DNA of 64,000 nt from Desulfatiglandales bacterium (GCA_963662465.1 OY759599.1:7008001-7072000); one strand, 5' to 3'. Shown: positions 42,246 through 54,344, numbered from the stretch's first letter. Numbers and translations are program-made. Notes: generated by a model from the letters alone, not told the origin.

Positions 42246-43275
42246 GTCTGTTGTAATCGCACGCCATATCAATGCTTTTTTGAATGAATATGTTCCTTCC
42301 CAGAAAAGTCACAGCAGCCACACATTGAAATCCTATCAGTATGCTCTGGCTTTATATATCGGTTTTTTGGAGGCCAAAAAAGGAATAAGTACAGAAAGCT
42401 TGTGTGGTGGATGTTTCAGAAGAATAATAATCGAGGAATGGCTGCAATGGCTGATAGAAGTGCGTTGTTGCAGGCCGGAAACCTGTAACAACCGGTTAGC
42501 ATCCTTAAGAGCATTCCTAAAATACATGGCCAGTAGGGAAGTCCGCCTGCTGTACCTTTCCGAGGAGGCAACAAGAATTCCACGGAAAAAGGAAATACGC
42601 AAAAGAGTAAAAGGGATGAGCAAAAAAGCAGTACGGGTATTGTTATCGGTTCCGGATTTATCCAGAAAAACAGGGCGAAGGGATCTATCACTTATGATTG
42701 TCATATACAGCACTGCCGCCAGAATAGATGAAATACTGTCTTTAAAAACAGAACAACTTCATTTGGACGTGGAAAAGCCGAATATCACCATCATTGGAAA
42801 GGGAAGCAAAATAAGAACCCTGTATCTTCTACCTAAGGCTGTTGCACATTTAAAAAAATATCTGGGAGAATTTCATGGTGATACTCCAGATCCAGAAGCT
42901 TATGTTTTTTATTCAAGGAACACCGGATCACATGGGAAAATGAGTCAGACTGCAGTAAACAAGCAACTGAAAAAACATGCCAGAGCCGCCCATGAAATAT
43001 GTGATGAGGTACCACGAGATCTTCATGCGCATCAACTGAGACATGCAAAGGCCTCCCACTGGCTGGAAGATGGCATGAATATCGTACAAATTTCATTTCT
43101 TTTAGGGCATGAGCAGTTACAGACAACGATGATATATATGGACATTACCCTAGAGCAGGAATTGAAAGCCCTTGCAACACTTGAAGATGAAAACGACAAG
43201 AAGGTATCAAAGAAATGGAAAAATCAAAAAGATGGTCTGGCGGATTTCTGTGGCGTTAAGTCAATGAAGAAGTAA
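42226..43275 (+). CDS. Tyrosine recombinase (RitC-like)
   Basis: CNNRLASLRAF, GKGSK, HQLRHA, LGHEQLQTTMIY. Confidence 0.9.
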   Translation: MKKATNESVVIARHINAFLNEYVPSQKSHSSHTLKSYQYALALYIGFLEAKKGISTESLCGGCFRRIIIEEWLQWLIEVRCCRPETCNNRLASLRAFLKYMASREVRLLYLSEEATRIPRKKEIRKRVKGMSKKAVRVLLSVPDLSRKTGRRDLSLMIVIYSTAARIDEILSLKTEQLHLDVEKPNITIIGKGSKIRTLYLLPKAVAHLKKYLGEFHGDTPDPEAYVFYSRNTGSHGKMSQTAVNKQLKKHARAAHEICDEVPRDLHAHQLRHAKASHWLEDGMNIVQISFLLGHEQLQTTMIYMDITLEQELKALATLEDENDKKVSKKWKNQKDGLADFCGVKSMKK

Positions 43276-44124
43276 AAAATAAAATCCAAACTTTTTTGTA
43301 TCGAATTCCTTAAATATCAGACATCTTTAAAAAAGGTTTGGATTTTATTTAGGTTTGGATAACGTAGACTATGGGGTGTGGGTGCGCTGAATACCGTATT
43401 TCCAATGATGCGTCTTTTGTGTTTGAGGCAGATATCGTCCAGAGCCCCATGGAATGCAGCATATATGCGATTCGAATGCAAGATACCGCCCTTTGGGGCG
43501 GGCAAAAGCCACGGGCTTTCATTTTGAAGCTCCTGTTTTACAGACAGGTAATTGTTCATATGCTGAATTACGGTGGAAGAAAGGGCGATGAGCCGGTCTT
43601 TCCTGAACTTTGTTTTTTCTACATATAGGGTGCCGTCGTCTTTTCGGTAGTGCTGTTTTTTCAGCCGGAGAGGCTCGGAGATTCTCATGCCGCATTGAGC
43701 GAGAAGAAAGACAACCGTGTAAACCGTGAGATCGTTAAAGAAATATTTGGGGTTTTGTCTGATTTTTCGGTGTATGGCCCTCAGCATGCGCTGGATTTGG
43801 GAGGGAGAAAAAATGAAAGGTACGAATGCGTTTTCTCTTTGCAGGGGGAAATTCTCGAGCGGATTGTCCTCCAGTACCTGAACTCGAATGAGATAGTCGA
43901 AAAACCCCCGTGCGGTCATGATGATGCTATTGACGGATCGAGGTTCCAGTTTGAGAGATCTTTTGAATGCGAGAAAATCGAGAGGGCTGATCCGTTGTAT
44001 GCTGAGGCCCGTTTCTTCCATGAAAAGATCGAAAGGCCGCAGATTGCTTCGAAGATTTTTGTCTGTAAAACCCAGATCCCCGCGATAAGCCACATATGCT
44101 TCCAGTTGTTCTGAGATACCGCTT

Positions 44125-45294
44125 TTAAAGTGTTTCATGGAAAAGTCTCTTTCGCATCAATTGGGTGTGGATATGGATATAGTGCTGCGTTGTCTGAATG
44201 CGGTCATGGCCCAGCATCTCTTTGACCTGGAAAATGGAAGCCCCCGCTTCCAAAAGGTTCTGAGCGTAAGTGTGTCTGAGGCAGTAAGCGGATTCCGATA
44301 TGCCTGCATTGTGTAGACATGCGGAGATATCACGACTGACGATGGCCGGGTGAATAGGCCGATAGGGCGCCCTCAGGGTTATAAATAGAGCCCTGTGTTT
44401 AGTTTGCGGGCGTGCATGTTTTACACAAGCAACAACGGCTTTGAGGGCTTCATCGGGAAAAGGGAGATGCAACGGGACGGTATTCTTTCGATTGGTAATC
44501 CTGATTTCCTTTTTGGCAAATGAGATGTCATCCAATGTTAACAGACTGATCTCCTTGGGCCTGAGTCCAAGTGTATATGCCAGATAGAGCATGGCATTGC
44601 ACCGGATATCCCTGGGTCGTTCCCAGGATAGACTGGAAAAAAGATGATCAAGCTCCTTCGGCCGTAGAAATCTTGGCGGTTTAGCCTGAGCATAGAGAGG
44701 CGGGCCCGACAACAAGGTCGACAGATCTTTTTGAAGGATATTTCTCTAAAAGTAAAGATATTGCAGAAAACCGCGCAGACAACTCCTGTGAGTGCAATGG
44801 GTTTTGGGGTTGTATCCAGCGTTGTAATGCTTCAGAAATGAATCAATTTCCTGTATGGTAAGCGTGTTAAGATGATCATTATGCAGGTATCGGTGAAGTC
44901 CTGAAAAAACACGCCGGCAGGTACGGACCCTTTCCTCGGCCACATTGCGAGTGTTTTTGTAATGGGCCAGATATCCTTCATAGATCTCGGGTAATGCTTC
45001 AGTGGGTTTACGCACGGGCTCTATGAGCTGATGATTTTCATACAGGTACTGAGAAAGCCCCGTGATCGGCGCCAGGGGAACGTGTTTAAGTTGGGATTCA
45101 CACTGAAAGGCCTTGAGATTTTCGTATTTAAACACATCGTTGAAACCCATGCCCGCGGCATTGGCAAACGCAACCCAGTGTTTCAAAATCAACTGATAGA
45201 ATCTGATTGTGTGGGGACTGTACTGCCGGGAAGACATCCACTGTAGATATGCATCGATTTGCGGATTCAAATCATCTAAGTGCCGGCATTTCAT
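44125..45294 (-). pseudogene. Tyrosine recombinase (outer trio, first gene) with an in-frame TAG at 44746-44748
   Basis: The two ORF-track pieces share a frame; LGLRPKE, LRHTYA, LGH...Y. Confidence 0.85.
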
Positions 45295-45322
45295 TTGGAC
45301 TCCTCCCGGAAAATATAAAAGC

Positions 45323-45625
45323 TTAATGCGCAACCAGTTTAAACTGCTTCCGGTATGCTTTAAGGGCATTGACGGTTTCCACAAAAGAGCTGTTTTCGCA
45401 TGTCATGACCATGTCGATGGTGTTGAAGTTTTTTCCGCAAAGAAAACATCTGGCCAGGTTGGTTTTCGGATTTGTGGCGGTTTGGAATTCACCGCAAATG
45501 GGACATAGGAATCGGAATTGACCTTCAGTCATCTTGCACGGAATTTTAAGAAGGTCCTCAATCAAAACAGAGATGGGGATGTGATTTCGCAACGCGAACA
45601 GTTCACTTCGGGTAAATTGTTTCAT
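45323..45625 (-). CDS. CHC2 zinc-finger protein
   Basis: CPIC...ARCFLC...NTIDMV. Confidence 0.75.
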   Translation of the reverse strand: MKQFTRSELFALRNHIPISVLIEDLLKIPCKMTEGQFRFLCPICGEFQTATNPKTNLARCFLCGKNFNTIDMVMTCENSSFVETVNALKAYRKQFKLVAH

Positions 45626-45734
45626 GGTGTCTCCTTTCAAAAACATGGTTTTCCGGGTTAAATACCCGCTTTATGCACGGAAAACGCGCACAAGGTGTTT
45701 ATAAATCCCACATTTCCAGAAGAAAGCCTATAAA

Positions 45735-45894
45735 GTCCTATTTTGCAATCACCACGATAAATCAGATAACTATCTGAAATAACATTTTAAAATGAATTTG
45801 ATGCGTCCATCTTTGCAATCACCATAAAAATGGACAGAACCTACCGATATAATTTTAGAAACATGATTTAACAGGTCCATCTTTGCAATTACCA
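45735..45894. repeat. Three 20-bp direct repeats (GTCCATCTTTGCAATCACCA-like) with a 70-bp period
   Basis: Starts at 45735, 45805, 45875. Confidence 0.8.
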
Positions 45895-46606
45895 CTTTCA
45901 GCACCGGAAAACCCGCCGAAATGGCCTGGTAAAAGGATCGAAGGAAAGACGGCATACAACTCCATAAGAAAAGCCATTTTGCTTTTCCGAAATTCTTGGT
46001 CTAGAAGCAATACCCGTGAATGAATTGGCTTCACTTTTTCTGAGGCCAATCCTCAGTAAAGATAATCGTCAAAATAAAAAGAAATTCTATATAAAAGCGA
46101 GAAAAAACGATCTAATAAGGCCATACGGCTGATTTTAGCGAATAATGCCGCAATACGGAGCGGGACATTCGCTTCATACTCGTTTAAACTCTGATGGGTT
46201 CATGTAAAGACCAACTAATCAGAAAACTTAGACGAGGATAGAGTCATGATCAAAAGGGTTTCAGAAATTTTTTCCAAAATTGAAAGTGATTTTGAGTTTG
46301 CTCCTTTTGAAAAAATTATTCAACCGATCATTGAGGATGCTCTCAAAGAACATCAGAAAGACAAAGGGTGCGGCTCTTTTGAATCACGCATAAAAGCGAT
46401 AAATAATGGCATGTTAGGTGATCTGCAGACCAAGTTGCTGAGGTTTTTTTCGAGAATAACATCTCAGTAAAAAGCTATGTCCGGGTTTTCGCGTCCGTGG
46501 ACAGTGGATGGTGGAAAAGTGAAAAAAGTTTTTTTTGTTGGCTGTCATTTTTTTCTGGCGCTTCTTTCAGTTTCTTGCTATATGAGAATGGTGAGGGAGG
46601 AACACC

Positions 46607-47503
46607 ATGAACAGAGCAAGAGACAATCACCGATTTTGTGGGCGTGAGTTTGCCCCCCAAGACGTTTCCTTGATTCAGGAAGTGGTCAAGAGCTGTCCAG
46701 GAATCAGCCGAACAGAATTGTCGTATACGGTGAGCGAACTGCTGGAGTGGAGACGGCCTAATGGGGGTCTCAAAGGTCGGGAGTGCCTGAACTTTTTGGA
46801 GCGATTGGAAAGCGAGGGGTATTTCAGGCTTCCGGAGAGCCATGGGAACGGACCGAGGAAAGGTACGAGACGGCACATTGCTCCGGCAAAAGATTCTCCG
46901 GCTTGGGCCGGACTGTCTGGGAGTGTAGAGGCGTTTTCGCCCCTGGATATGGAACTGGTCAAAAGCGCGGAACAGCGCCGACTTTTCAAAGATCTTGTAA
47001 GCCGTTACCACTATCTTGGATATGCCATGCCCTTTGGAGCGAAGCTTCAATATCTGGTATACGTAACCCGTCCCATTCGACAAGTTGTCGGCTGTGTTCA
47101 ATTCTCCAGTCCAGCTTGGCGGATGAAGGCCAGGGATCAATGGATTGGCTGGGATGACGCGACACGCGGGCGAGATCTTCAGCAGATCGTAAACAACAGT
47201 CGATTGTTGGTCCTGCCAAGGATACGCAATCTGGCCAGTTCGCTGCTTTCGTGTGTTTTGAGTCGGCTTCGAGAGGACTGGCGGGTCCATTATGCAGTGG
47301 ATCCCTTGTTGGTGGAGACGCTGGTAGACCAAAAGCGTTATCATGGTGAGTGTTACCGGGCAGCCAACTGGATTGAACTGGGAAAGACCAGCGGTCGCGG
47401 ACGAATGGACAGAGCTGGTAAACGGTACGGAGCAGATGTGAAAACCATCCTGGTTTACCCACTGGTAAAAAATGCCGTCCGCCGGCTTAAAGGGGGGAGA
47501 TAG
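46607..47503 (+). CDS. DUF4338 (DruA-like) protein
   Basis: YHYLGY, RDQWIGW, NNSRLL, GECYRAANW...G.TSGRG. Confidence 0.85.
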   Translation: MNRARDNHRFCGREFAPQDVSLIQEVVKSCPGISRTELSYTVSELLEWRRPNGGLKGRECLNFLERLESEGYFRLPESHGNGPRKGTRRHIAPAKDSPAWAGLSGSVEAFSPLDMELVKSAEQRRLFKDLVSRYHYLGYAMPFGAKLQYLVYVTRPIRQVVGCVQFSSPAWRMKARDQWIGWDDATRGRDLQQIVNNSRLLVLPRIRNLASSLLSCVLSRLREDWRVHYAVDPLLVETLVDQKRYHGECYRAANWIELGKTSGRGRMDRAGKRYGADVKTILVYPLVKNAVRRLKGGR

Positions 47504-47508
47504 CACTT

Positions 47509-49071
47509 ATGGGAGCAACTCCAGCACTTTCTTCCCTGGAATATCCTTATGGTCAGAGTCATGATTATTTTGAGCGCATCATAAGTATCCTTGATTCCGG
47601 TGAGGGAAATTCGATGGATATGAGCAAATTAGAACAGGAGCTTGAGAAGCGGGGGCGTGAGTTGATGCGCATTTTGCTTCAGGAACATCTTAATAACCGC
47701 AGCCCCGGCAAAAGCCGTGAACCTGTGAAGGATGTAGATGGAATCAAACGAATTGAAACACCTGCCCATGAACGAAAGATTGAAACAGTGTTCGGCAGGG
47801 TTGAGCTCAATCGTGCCGGATACGGCAATCAAGGATGTAAAAGTCTTCACCCGCTGGATGCCGAACTGAACCTTCCCCCAGAGATTTATTCATTGGAGCT
47901 ACAGCGAAGAGTAGCAGAAGACGCGGCAAAGAACTCTTTTGATGAGGTTGTGGAAACCATCGCTAAAACCACCGGCGGGAATGTGCCCAAACGCCAGGCC
48001 GAAGAAGTGGTTCAACGTGCAGCCCGGGACTTCGATGCATTTTATGAGACGCACAAATGCCGATGTTCAGAAGAAAAAGCTACAGGATCCGTGTTGGCAA
48101 TTACCGCTGATGGGAAGGGCGTGGTACTCCACGAAAGAGACCTCAGAGAAAAAACACGCAAAGCAGCTGAAAAACGCAGACAAAAGATGGAAAAGCGGCT
48201 CTCGCAAGGGGAAAAAAAGAATGCCAAACGTATGGCCACTGTAGCCGCTGTATACACTACCGATTCATTTGAGCGCAGTCCTGATGACCTGCTTTCCGAA
48301 AGCGGTCCTCGCATCAAAAAAATGAAACGGCCACCTATAGAAAATAAACGAGTTTGGGCCAGTCTTGAAAAAGAACCTGAAGAGGTTATTAAAGAGGCTT
48401 TTACCGAGGCTCAAAACCGGGACCCAAACCATAAGAAAAACTGGGTGGCATTGGTTGATGGAAACAATACTCAGATCAACATTCTGCGCAACATTGCCAA
48501 AACCCAAGGCATTGACCTGACCATCATTGTAGATGTTATTCATGTTATAGAATACCTTTGGAATGCCGGCAGAGTCTTTCATCCTGAATCCGGTCCAGAG
48601 CTCGAACAATGGGTCGAACATCGTCTGAGGAAAATTCTTGAGGGAAAGGCAGGACACATGGCTGGCGGGATGCGCCGAAGTGCCACAAGAAAAAAAATCA
48701 GCGAAAAAAAACGAGAACCTGTAGACAAATGCGCCACCTACCTGCTCAATAAATCTCCTTATCTCAAATATAACCGCTATCTTTCCAAGGGTTTTCCTAT
48801 TGGAACCGGCGTTATTGAGGGAGCATGCCGGCATCTTGTAAAAGACCGGATGGAAATTACAGGGGCTAAATGGACCCTTCAGGGAGCCGAAGCAGTATTA
48901 CGGTTACGAGCCTTACGTTCAAGCAAGGACTTCGATGAGTACTGGACTTTTCATGAGGATTATGAGTACAAACGAAATCATCAAGCACTCTATGCTGATG
49001 GCTCGGTTCCTGCCACAACAAACTCAAAGTCATCTACTAAAAACACCGGCCATCTTAAAATAATCAAGTAA
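47509..49071 (+). CDS. ISKra4-family transposase
   Basis: PLDAELNLP, TADGKG, LVDG, DVIHV.EYLW, IGTGVIEGAC. Confidence 0.9.
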   Translation: MGATPALSSLEYPYGQSHDYFERIISILDSGEGNSMDMSKLEQELEKRGRELMRILLQEHLNNRSPGKSREPVKDVDGIKRIETPAHERKIETVFGRVELNRAGYGNQGCKSLHPLDAELNLPPEIYSLELQRRVAEDAAKNSFDEVVETIAKTTGGNVPKRQAEEVVQRAARDFDAFYETHKCRCSEEKATGSVLAITADGKGVVLHERDLREKTRKAAEKRRQKMEKRLSQGEKKNAKRMATVAAVYTTDSFERSPDDLLSESGPRIKKMKRPPIENKRVWASLEKEPEEVIKEAFTEAQNRDPNHKKNWVALVDGNNTQINILRNIAKTQGIDLTIIVDVIHVIEYLWNAGRVFHPESGPELEQWVEHRLRKILEGKAGHMAGGMRRSATRKKISEKKREPVDKCATYLLNKSPYLKYNRYLSKGFPIGTGVIEGACRHLVKDRMEITGAKWTLQGAEAVLRLRALRSSKDFDEYWTFHEDYEYKRNHQALYADGSVPATTNSKSSTKNTGHLKIIK

Positions 49072-49873
49072 ACTCTCAACAGACGAATCAATAGAATAGC
49101 AACCACGGGATCGTCATATCGAAAAATGCAAAAGAGCCACACCCAAAGACAAATACAGGAAAGGCACGATTCTGACGCCGGTTGTTTTGGTTTGGCTATG
49201 CTTTGCATTAGCTTTGCGTCGAAACTTGAATTACGACAAAACTTTGAACTGGCTGGTCGCCGGTATGCGCTGGAAGGATTTGGATTTCCATGGAAAATTT
49301 GTAAAAGCAGGCACGATTAGCCATGCTCGATCCAAAATGGGAATTGACGTCTTTCGTACCATTTTTTACAGATTTGCTTCGACTTTCAAAGACATTGAAC
49401 CTCCTGATTTTCATGGAATGAGAACCGCTATGTTTGATGGTACCTCCTTGACAATGCCGGACACTGAAAGCAATTGGCAAAAGTTTGGAAAACACAACTC
49501 GGGAAGAGGCTACGGCGCATTCCCGCAAATGAGATTGGTTGCATTAATGGGTCTGACTGCCCGTCGAATTATAGATATTGCTTATGCTCCCTACAAAGGA
49601 AAAAAGACCGGCGAAAGAACCTTGATGTTTCAAATCCTGAAAAGATGTTCAATAGAAAGCGCATTATTGCTTTTTGATGCTGGATTTTACTCATTTGATT
49701 TGGCCAATTATATGTTCGAGAATGGGATTCAACACATTATGAAAATAGCAAAATCGGGAAAATTAAAACCAATTCCTGGTTCCCAAATGCTTGACGGCAG
49801 TTATCTGAGCAAAATTGACGGGAAAATCGTTGAATCGGAAGACCCGAAAACCGGCCGGAAAAAATGGAAAAAG

Positions 49874-51879
49874 CGCATAAGTCTAAATGTTGTGGGGTTT
49901 ACTCTAACATATTGAAATTATTTCATCTGTTAAACGGTTCCGAATCAATATCCTAATCAAAGCGCATTTCGTGAGGCCAAACATTTTTTCCTGAATTCGC
50001 CTTAGCGGAAAAAAGTTAGGGACTTTTTTTGATAAGTGTGCATAATCATAGTGCAACAGTCTATGTTAAATTAGAGAGGTTGCACATGATTAATAATATT
50101 AAGAGAGCTTTGACAATGTTGGACAAAGCTCAAAACAGACTTGCAAGACAATGTTATTACGATCCAAAACAGTATCCTGAGATTTTCTTTGAAATTGAGA
50201 AATGCATTAATGCCATCAGATCATGGATCAATGAAAGGGAGATGTTTCAATCATTGCAATATTTTTATGTAACATTGTCTGCTCTTATTGATGAACTTGG
50301 TAGGTTAATAAGTCAATTATGGGATATTTGTAAGCCAATAAAAGGGAAAAAAAGCATTCCAAAAACACAACGGGATCGACAGAAAATTAGAATCTTTTAT
50401 TCAATTCGTTCAATGATAAGTAATATTACTAAAAAATTGAATAATGTAAAAAGTCGTGATAGTACAATCAGTATTGCATTTGAGATAGGGATGTTAAAAT
50501 CTTTTGATAAATCCATAATCGAAAATGTAAAAAAGAAAATGGAAGACCTTGTTTCTAAACGAGGAAATCAAACATATATCTTTCCTTATAATAACACCGA
50601 AAGCTATCATGCTCTCGTAAAAGATAGTAAGAAGTTTCGCATTGAAGTATTAGATAAACTCGATAAATATGATCACCACACAGGCCATAATTCAACATGT
50701 TCTGGACCTAAAGAATATATTTTATCTGGTTTCCGCGGGAATCCTCGAAAAACAATAATGAATGGAGGAGAACAACAGACATTCCCAATCCGCATGATAC
50801 AATGCCGGAAGTGCAAACAAAAGTTCTCTCTTGTTCCCAGCTTTCTCCCAAGGGAAAAGAATTTTGGTATAGAGATTATTGGGCACGTATTTCGGAATAT
50901 GTACCGTTTTAATGCGAGCATTCAAGGAGCCATCGAAAGCCTTAAAATTATTGGCAAAAAAAGTGTCAAAAGCAAACAAACCATCTTGAACTGGAATCGA
51001 TGGGCAGGAACACTTCATCCTGCAACAATACTAACAAGAGCAGGAGTGAAAGGCTCAGGATATCTACAGGAAGATGAGGGCTTTGAAAAAGAACCAAATT
51101 TAAGAACTTATTCTGTAGTTATGGTCGATCCTGAAAATTTATTAGTATGGCACTCCGATTATGTTGATCATGTTGATGAAGAAAACCTGTGCGGTTCATT
51201 TGAGGATTTTTTGCAAAAAATCGACTTCAAAATCCTTGGTGTAACAAAAGATAAGTGGAAAGCCTCAACCAATGCTATCAAGACCGTATTCCATAACATT
51301 TGGGTCGGATATTGCCATCGTCATTGTTTGAAAAACTTCTACGATGCACTATCAAAATATCAAAAAGAATCAAAATGTACCGACCAAGAAGTGGACAAGT
51401 TTTATAAAAAATTTAAGAAAGTTTTGAAAACATCCACATCTAAAGTTAACTTGGAAGTAAAGATTAAGGCATTAGATGACGATGCATTTTCTCATCCATT
51501 ACTAAAAAAGAGGGTAGTAGAATTAAAAGAAAATGCCACTCATTATACCTCTCATAAAAATAGAAATGGGATAAAACAAACAACCTCCATTGTTGACAAT
51601 TATTTAAAAGGAATCAAACGTAAACTAAAACAAATTGAGAGTTTTCGAGATAAGAAATGGGCAAGTCTTTTCTTTCGAGCACATGCGACTATCAGGAATT
51701 TTGTCCCATTTTTACCTGGCGCAAAAAATGCTCATAAAAGTCCCTTTGAATTAGCCAACGGCCAAACATTTGACTTACCTTGGATTCAAGTTATGAATGT
51801 TCATAATGCATTCTTGTTTACCGAAAACGCCTTTTAATTTTGATGGGTTATACAACCCCACAACATTTAGACTTATGCG
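49874..51879 (+). mobile_element. 2006-bp unclassified IS, copy 2 (ORF 50029-51837)
   Basis: Same TIR as copy 1; 8-bp TSD GGAAAAAG. Confidence 0.92.
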
Positions 51880-52586
51880 GGAAAAAGGTTGAAATAATCG
51901 TTCGTGTAATTCATTTCCAAATTCCAGGTTTTTGACCTGTACGTTTAATTACAAGCCTCTTGGATTCAGATATCAGCGCAAAAGAGATTGTCACCCATTA
52001 TCATAAGCGCTGGGATATAGAAATTGCTTTTGATGAAATTAAAACTCATCAGTGCGCTACTCTTAAAGGGCAAATGCCGACCATAATTCGTAGTAAACGC
52101 AGTGATTTGGTTGAACAGGAATTGTATTCAATAATGATCGTATACAATCTGATTCGCTCTTTGATCCAAGAAGCAACAAACATGGAAGGCGGTGATCCTT
52201 TGTTGATCAGTTTCGTAGATACTGTCGATCTTATCATACAAAGTGCCCCACTCATGAGTATGATAACGGGAAAGAGAAAAGAAAAGCGGTCTTTTCTGCT
52301 TAAAATGATCGCAGAATCAAAAATTGATAGACCACGCAGACCCAGACGTAATCCACGGGTCATAAAAGTAAAAATGTCTAATTTCAAACGAAAGCGTAGC
52401 AAGGATAAATCGCAAACCGTCCATTTCAATCAAGATGTGGAAGTCCTGTACAAAAAGGCAGCATGAACATCATTCATTCACGGGTATTGGGTCTAGAAGC
52501 AGGATGAAAAATTGACTGGATAGCCGTCTTATGAAAGGGCTGGAGGGGAAGTCTTATGGGAAGGTCTGTTCAGGGTCAATGTTAAT

Positions 52587-53046
52587 CTAAAAGGAGTTTT
52601 CAGGATAAACCGTTTCATGTATCCTGACGATAATCGGTTCCATGTTTGCAACGGGTATGTCAGTCACGGGAATCAGTTTGTAATACCCTGATATCAAAGT
52701 TCTTTGCTGATTTTTCGCGTCCATTTTTGCAACGCTTGATGCGATTGGCCCGTCAGAGCGCTGTCTCCTGTTGATATTGCGTTCCCGCTGTTTTTCTCTG
52801 TTTCGCTGGGCGTATTCTGGATTCTTTTTCCTGTACTGCTTCCAATATCCCGTGTTATGCTTTAACCATTCCGTCTTACAAGCGGCCTGGTCGTTGCGGT
52901 AGTCTTCATCACTGGCTAATTTACGGCGCTGCCAGTCGTTTTTTCGTGCTCTCTGGCATTCTTTTTGAGTGCAGTGTTTTTGATTAGGATGCCTCGCGCT
53001 AATGACAAACGAGCGCCCACAATGTTTGCATTTTCTCCGTTTCATA
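52587..53046 (-). CDS. Hypothetical Cys-rich basic protein of the outer element
   Basis: CKHC...QKHCTQKECQRARK; AGGAGG RBS. Confidence 0.7.
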
Positions 53047-53724
53047 AAGACCACCTCCTGAACAGAAGCTACAGGTCTTTGCCTAAAACGGTCAATTTAT
53101 TCAAATTGTTAAAACGGTAATGATCGCTCGCATGAAATGGTGGCAGCCGGTCATAAAAAAGCCACCATCTTTTACGGCAGGTAAAGCGGAAGGGCTACCA
53201 TTCAAATCCTCTTGTCTCATACGCAATAAAAAACCGCCGGTCCATGGGCGGGGTAAGCGGGGTACGGATTTATCAATCCTTAGGGCGGGATCAGCGGGGT
53301 ACTGGCAACATAATCAGACTCGCAACATAATGACCCCACTCCTACAAAACCCAAAACCATCTTTGCTCTCTTCGTTACCTTCTGTAAAAAGCCCTTAAAA
53401 AAAATCCTGTAAAATCCTGTAAATCCTGTAAATCCTGTCAAAAAAGATCGGAAAATCGAAAGAAACGCATGAATGCATGGGCGTCCCCCTACCCTTTGCA
53501 ACGTCCCCCATTACATGCCCTTGACGGTTAGAGAGGTAACAACCTTACAAACCTGCCAACGTCCCCATTAAGTATTTATGGGATATTGGACGATCGGGCC
53601 GTCCAGCACTACTTTGAACTGGGCTGTGAGGTCGAAGGCCTGGGCCGCGGGCATGTTAAGCGAATCAAGGATCAGGTGCGAAACGCTTCTCAAAACCGGC
53701 AAGAAGAAACGGGGGTAAGTCAAA

Positions 53725-53961
53725 ATGGAAACCATAATTGAGCTAAATGACAAAAAGATGCAGTTGAAGGAGTGTATTGCCCAAATAGAGAAAACGGGCA
53801 AAACTCTAATTATTTCCCGCGGCAAAAAGCCGGTGGCCAAGTTGATACCACACAAAAGCAAGGACCCGCTCAGTATGGACCCGACGTTGAGGGGTGCTTT
53901 TTTTGTCGATGACCCGATGGCTCCCCTGTCGGAAGCTGATTGGCCCGAGGCGTTTCGATGA
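53725..53961 (+). CDS. Phd-like antitoxin (copy 2)
   Basis: Near-identical to 23709-23945. Confidence 0.8.
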   Translation: METIIELNDKKMQLKECIAQIEKTGKTLIISRGKKPVAKLIPHKSKDPLSMDPTLRGAFFVDDPMAPLSEADWPEAFR

Positions 53962-54344
53962 TTCTACTCGATACGCACGCCATTGTTTGGCTTGCTTCAG
54001 ACCAGGATCGGTTTACGGAGAAGGGGCGAGCATTGATCAGGGATAATGCGGGCCAGCTGTATGTCTCTGTTGTGTCTGCGTGGGAGATATCCATGTTGCA
54101 CAAACGAAATCGCCTGCAACTGCCCATGGAGCCGGAACAGTATGTTGATCGCCTCATCAAACAGCATGATTTGAACGAAGTGCCTTTGGAGCGAAAAGTT
54201 GTTCAGCTTTCTGTTCGTTTGCCTGATATCCACAATGATCCCTTCGATCGGGTGCTCATTGCTCTGTGCCGGGAAGAGGGATGGCTTCTTCTGTCAAAGG
54301 ACAAAATTATTCGGAAGTACCCGAGCGTACAGATTGCATGGTGA
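53958..54344 (+). CDS. VapC PIN toxin (intact copy)
   Basis: ILLDTHA, SAWEI, HNDPFDR. Confidence 0.88.
   Translation: MILLDTHAIVWLASDQDRFTEKGRALIRDNAGQLYVSVVSAWEISMLHKRNRLQLPMEPEQYVDRLIKQHDLNEVPLERKVVQLSVRLPDIHNDPFDRVLIALCREEGWLLLSKDKIIRKYPSVQIAW

Larger units (their letters stand above)
37548..43366 (+). mobile_element. RIT element (recombinases in trio)
   Basis: IR CGTTATCCAAACCTAAATAAAATCCAAACCTTTT at 37574 and ending at 43364; CGTA repeated at both junctions; three tandem recombinases. Confidence 0.85.
37351..44138 (-). pseudogene. Tyrosine recombinase (outer trio, second gene) split by the inner RIT
   Basis: ...PTPHSLR (to about 43363) joins HSFAVN...YMGH (from about 37543). Confidence 0.85.
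46366..49144 (+). mobile_element. ISKra4-family element
   Basis: TIR GGGTG(C/T)GGCTCTTTTG; 9-bp TSD AAAGACAAA. Confidence 0.88.
46008..52489 (+). mobile_element. IS4-family element; transposase (46246-52466) twice interrupted and with a TGA at 51933
   Basis: TIR CAATACCCGTGAATGAAT; 10-bp TSD GGTCTAGAAG; MFDGTS, LFDAGF, YHKRWDIEIAFDEIK. Confidence 0.9.
36074..53330 (-). mobile_element. Tyrosine-recombinase-trio (RIT-like) element with cargo and nested insertions
   Basis: 13-bp TIR TTATGTTGCGAGT; flanking 5-bp repeat TGACC (36069-36073, 53331-53335). Confidence 0.8.

Noticed and set aside
45735..45894. Mini-CRISPR
   Set aside because: Only three degenerate non-palindromic 20-bp copies, and the motif also occurs inside a CDS
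46475..47506. 343-aa minus-strand ORF and other antisense ORFs
   Set aside because: Shadow frames of recognisable genes on the opposite strand, with no motifs
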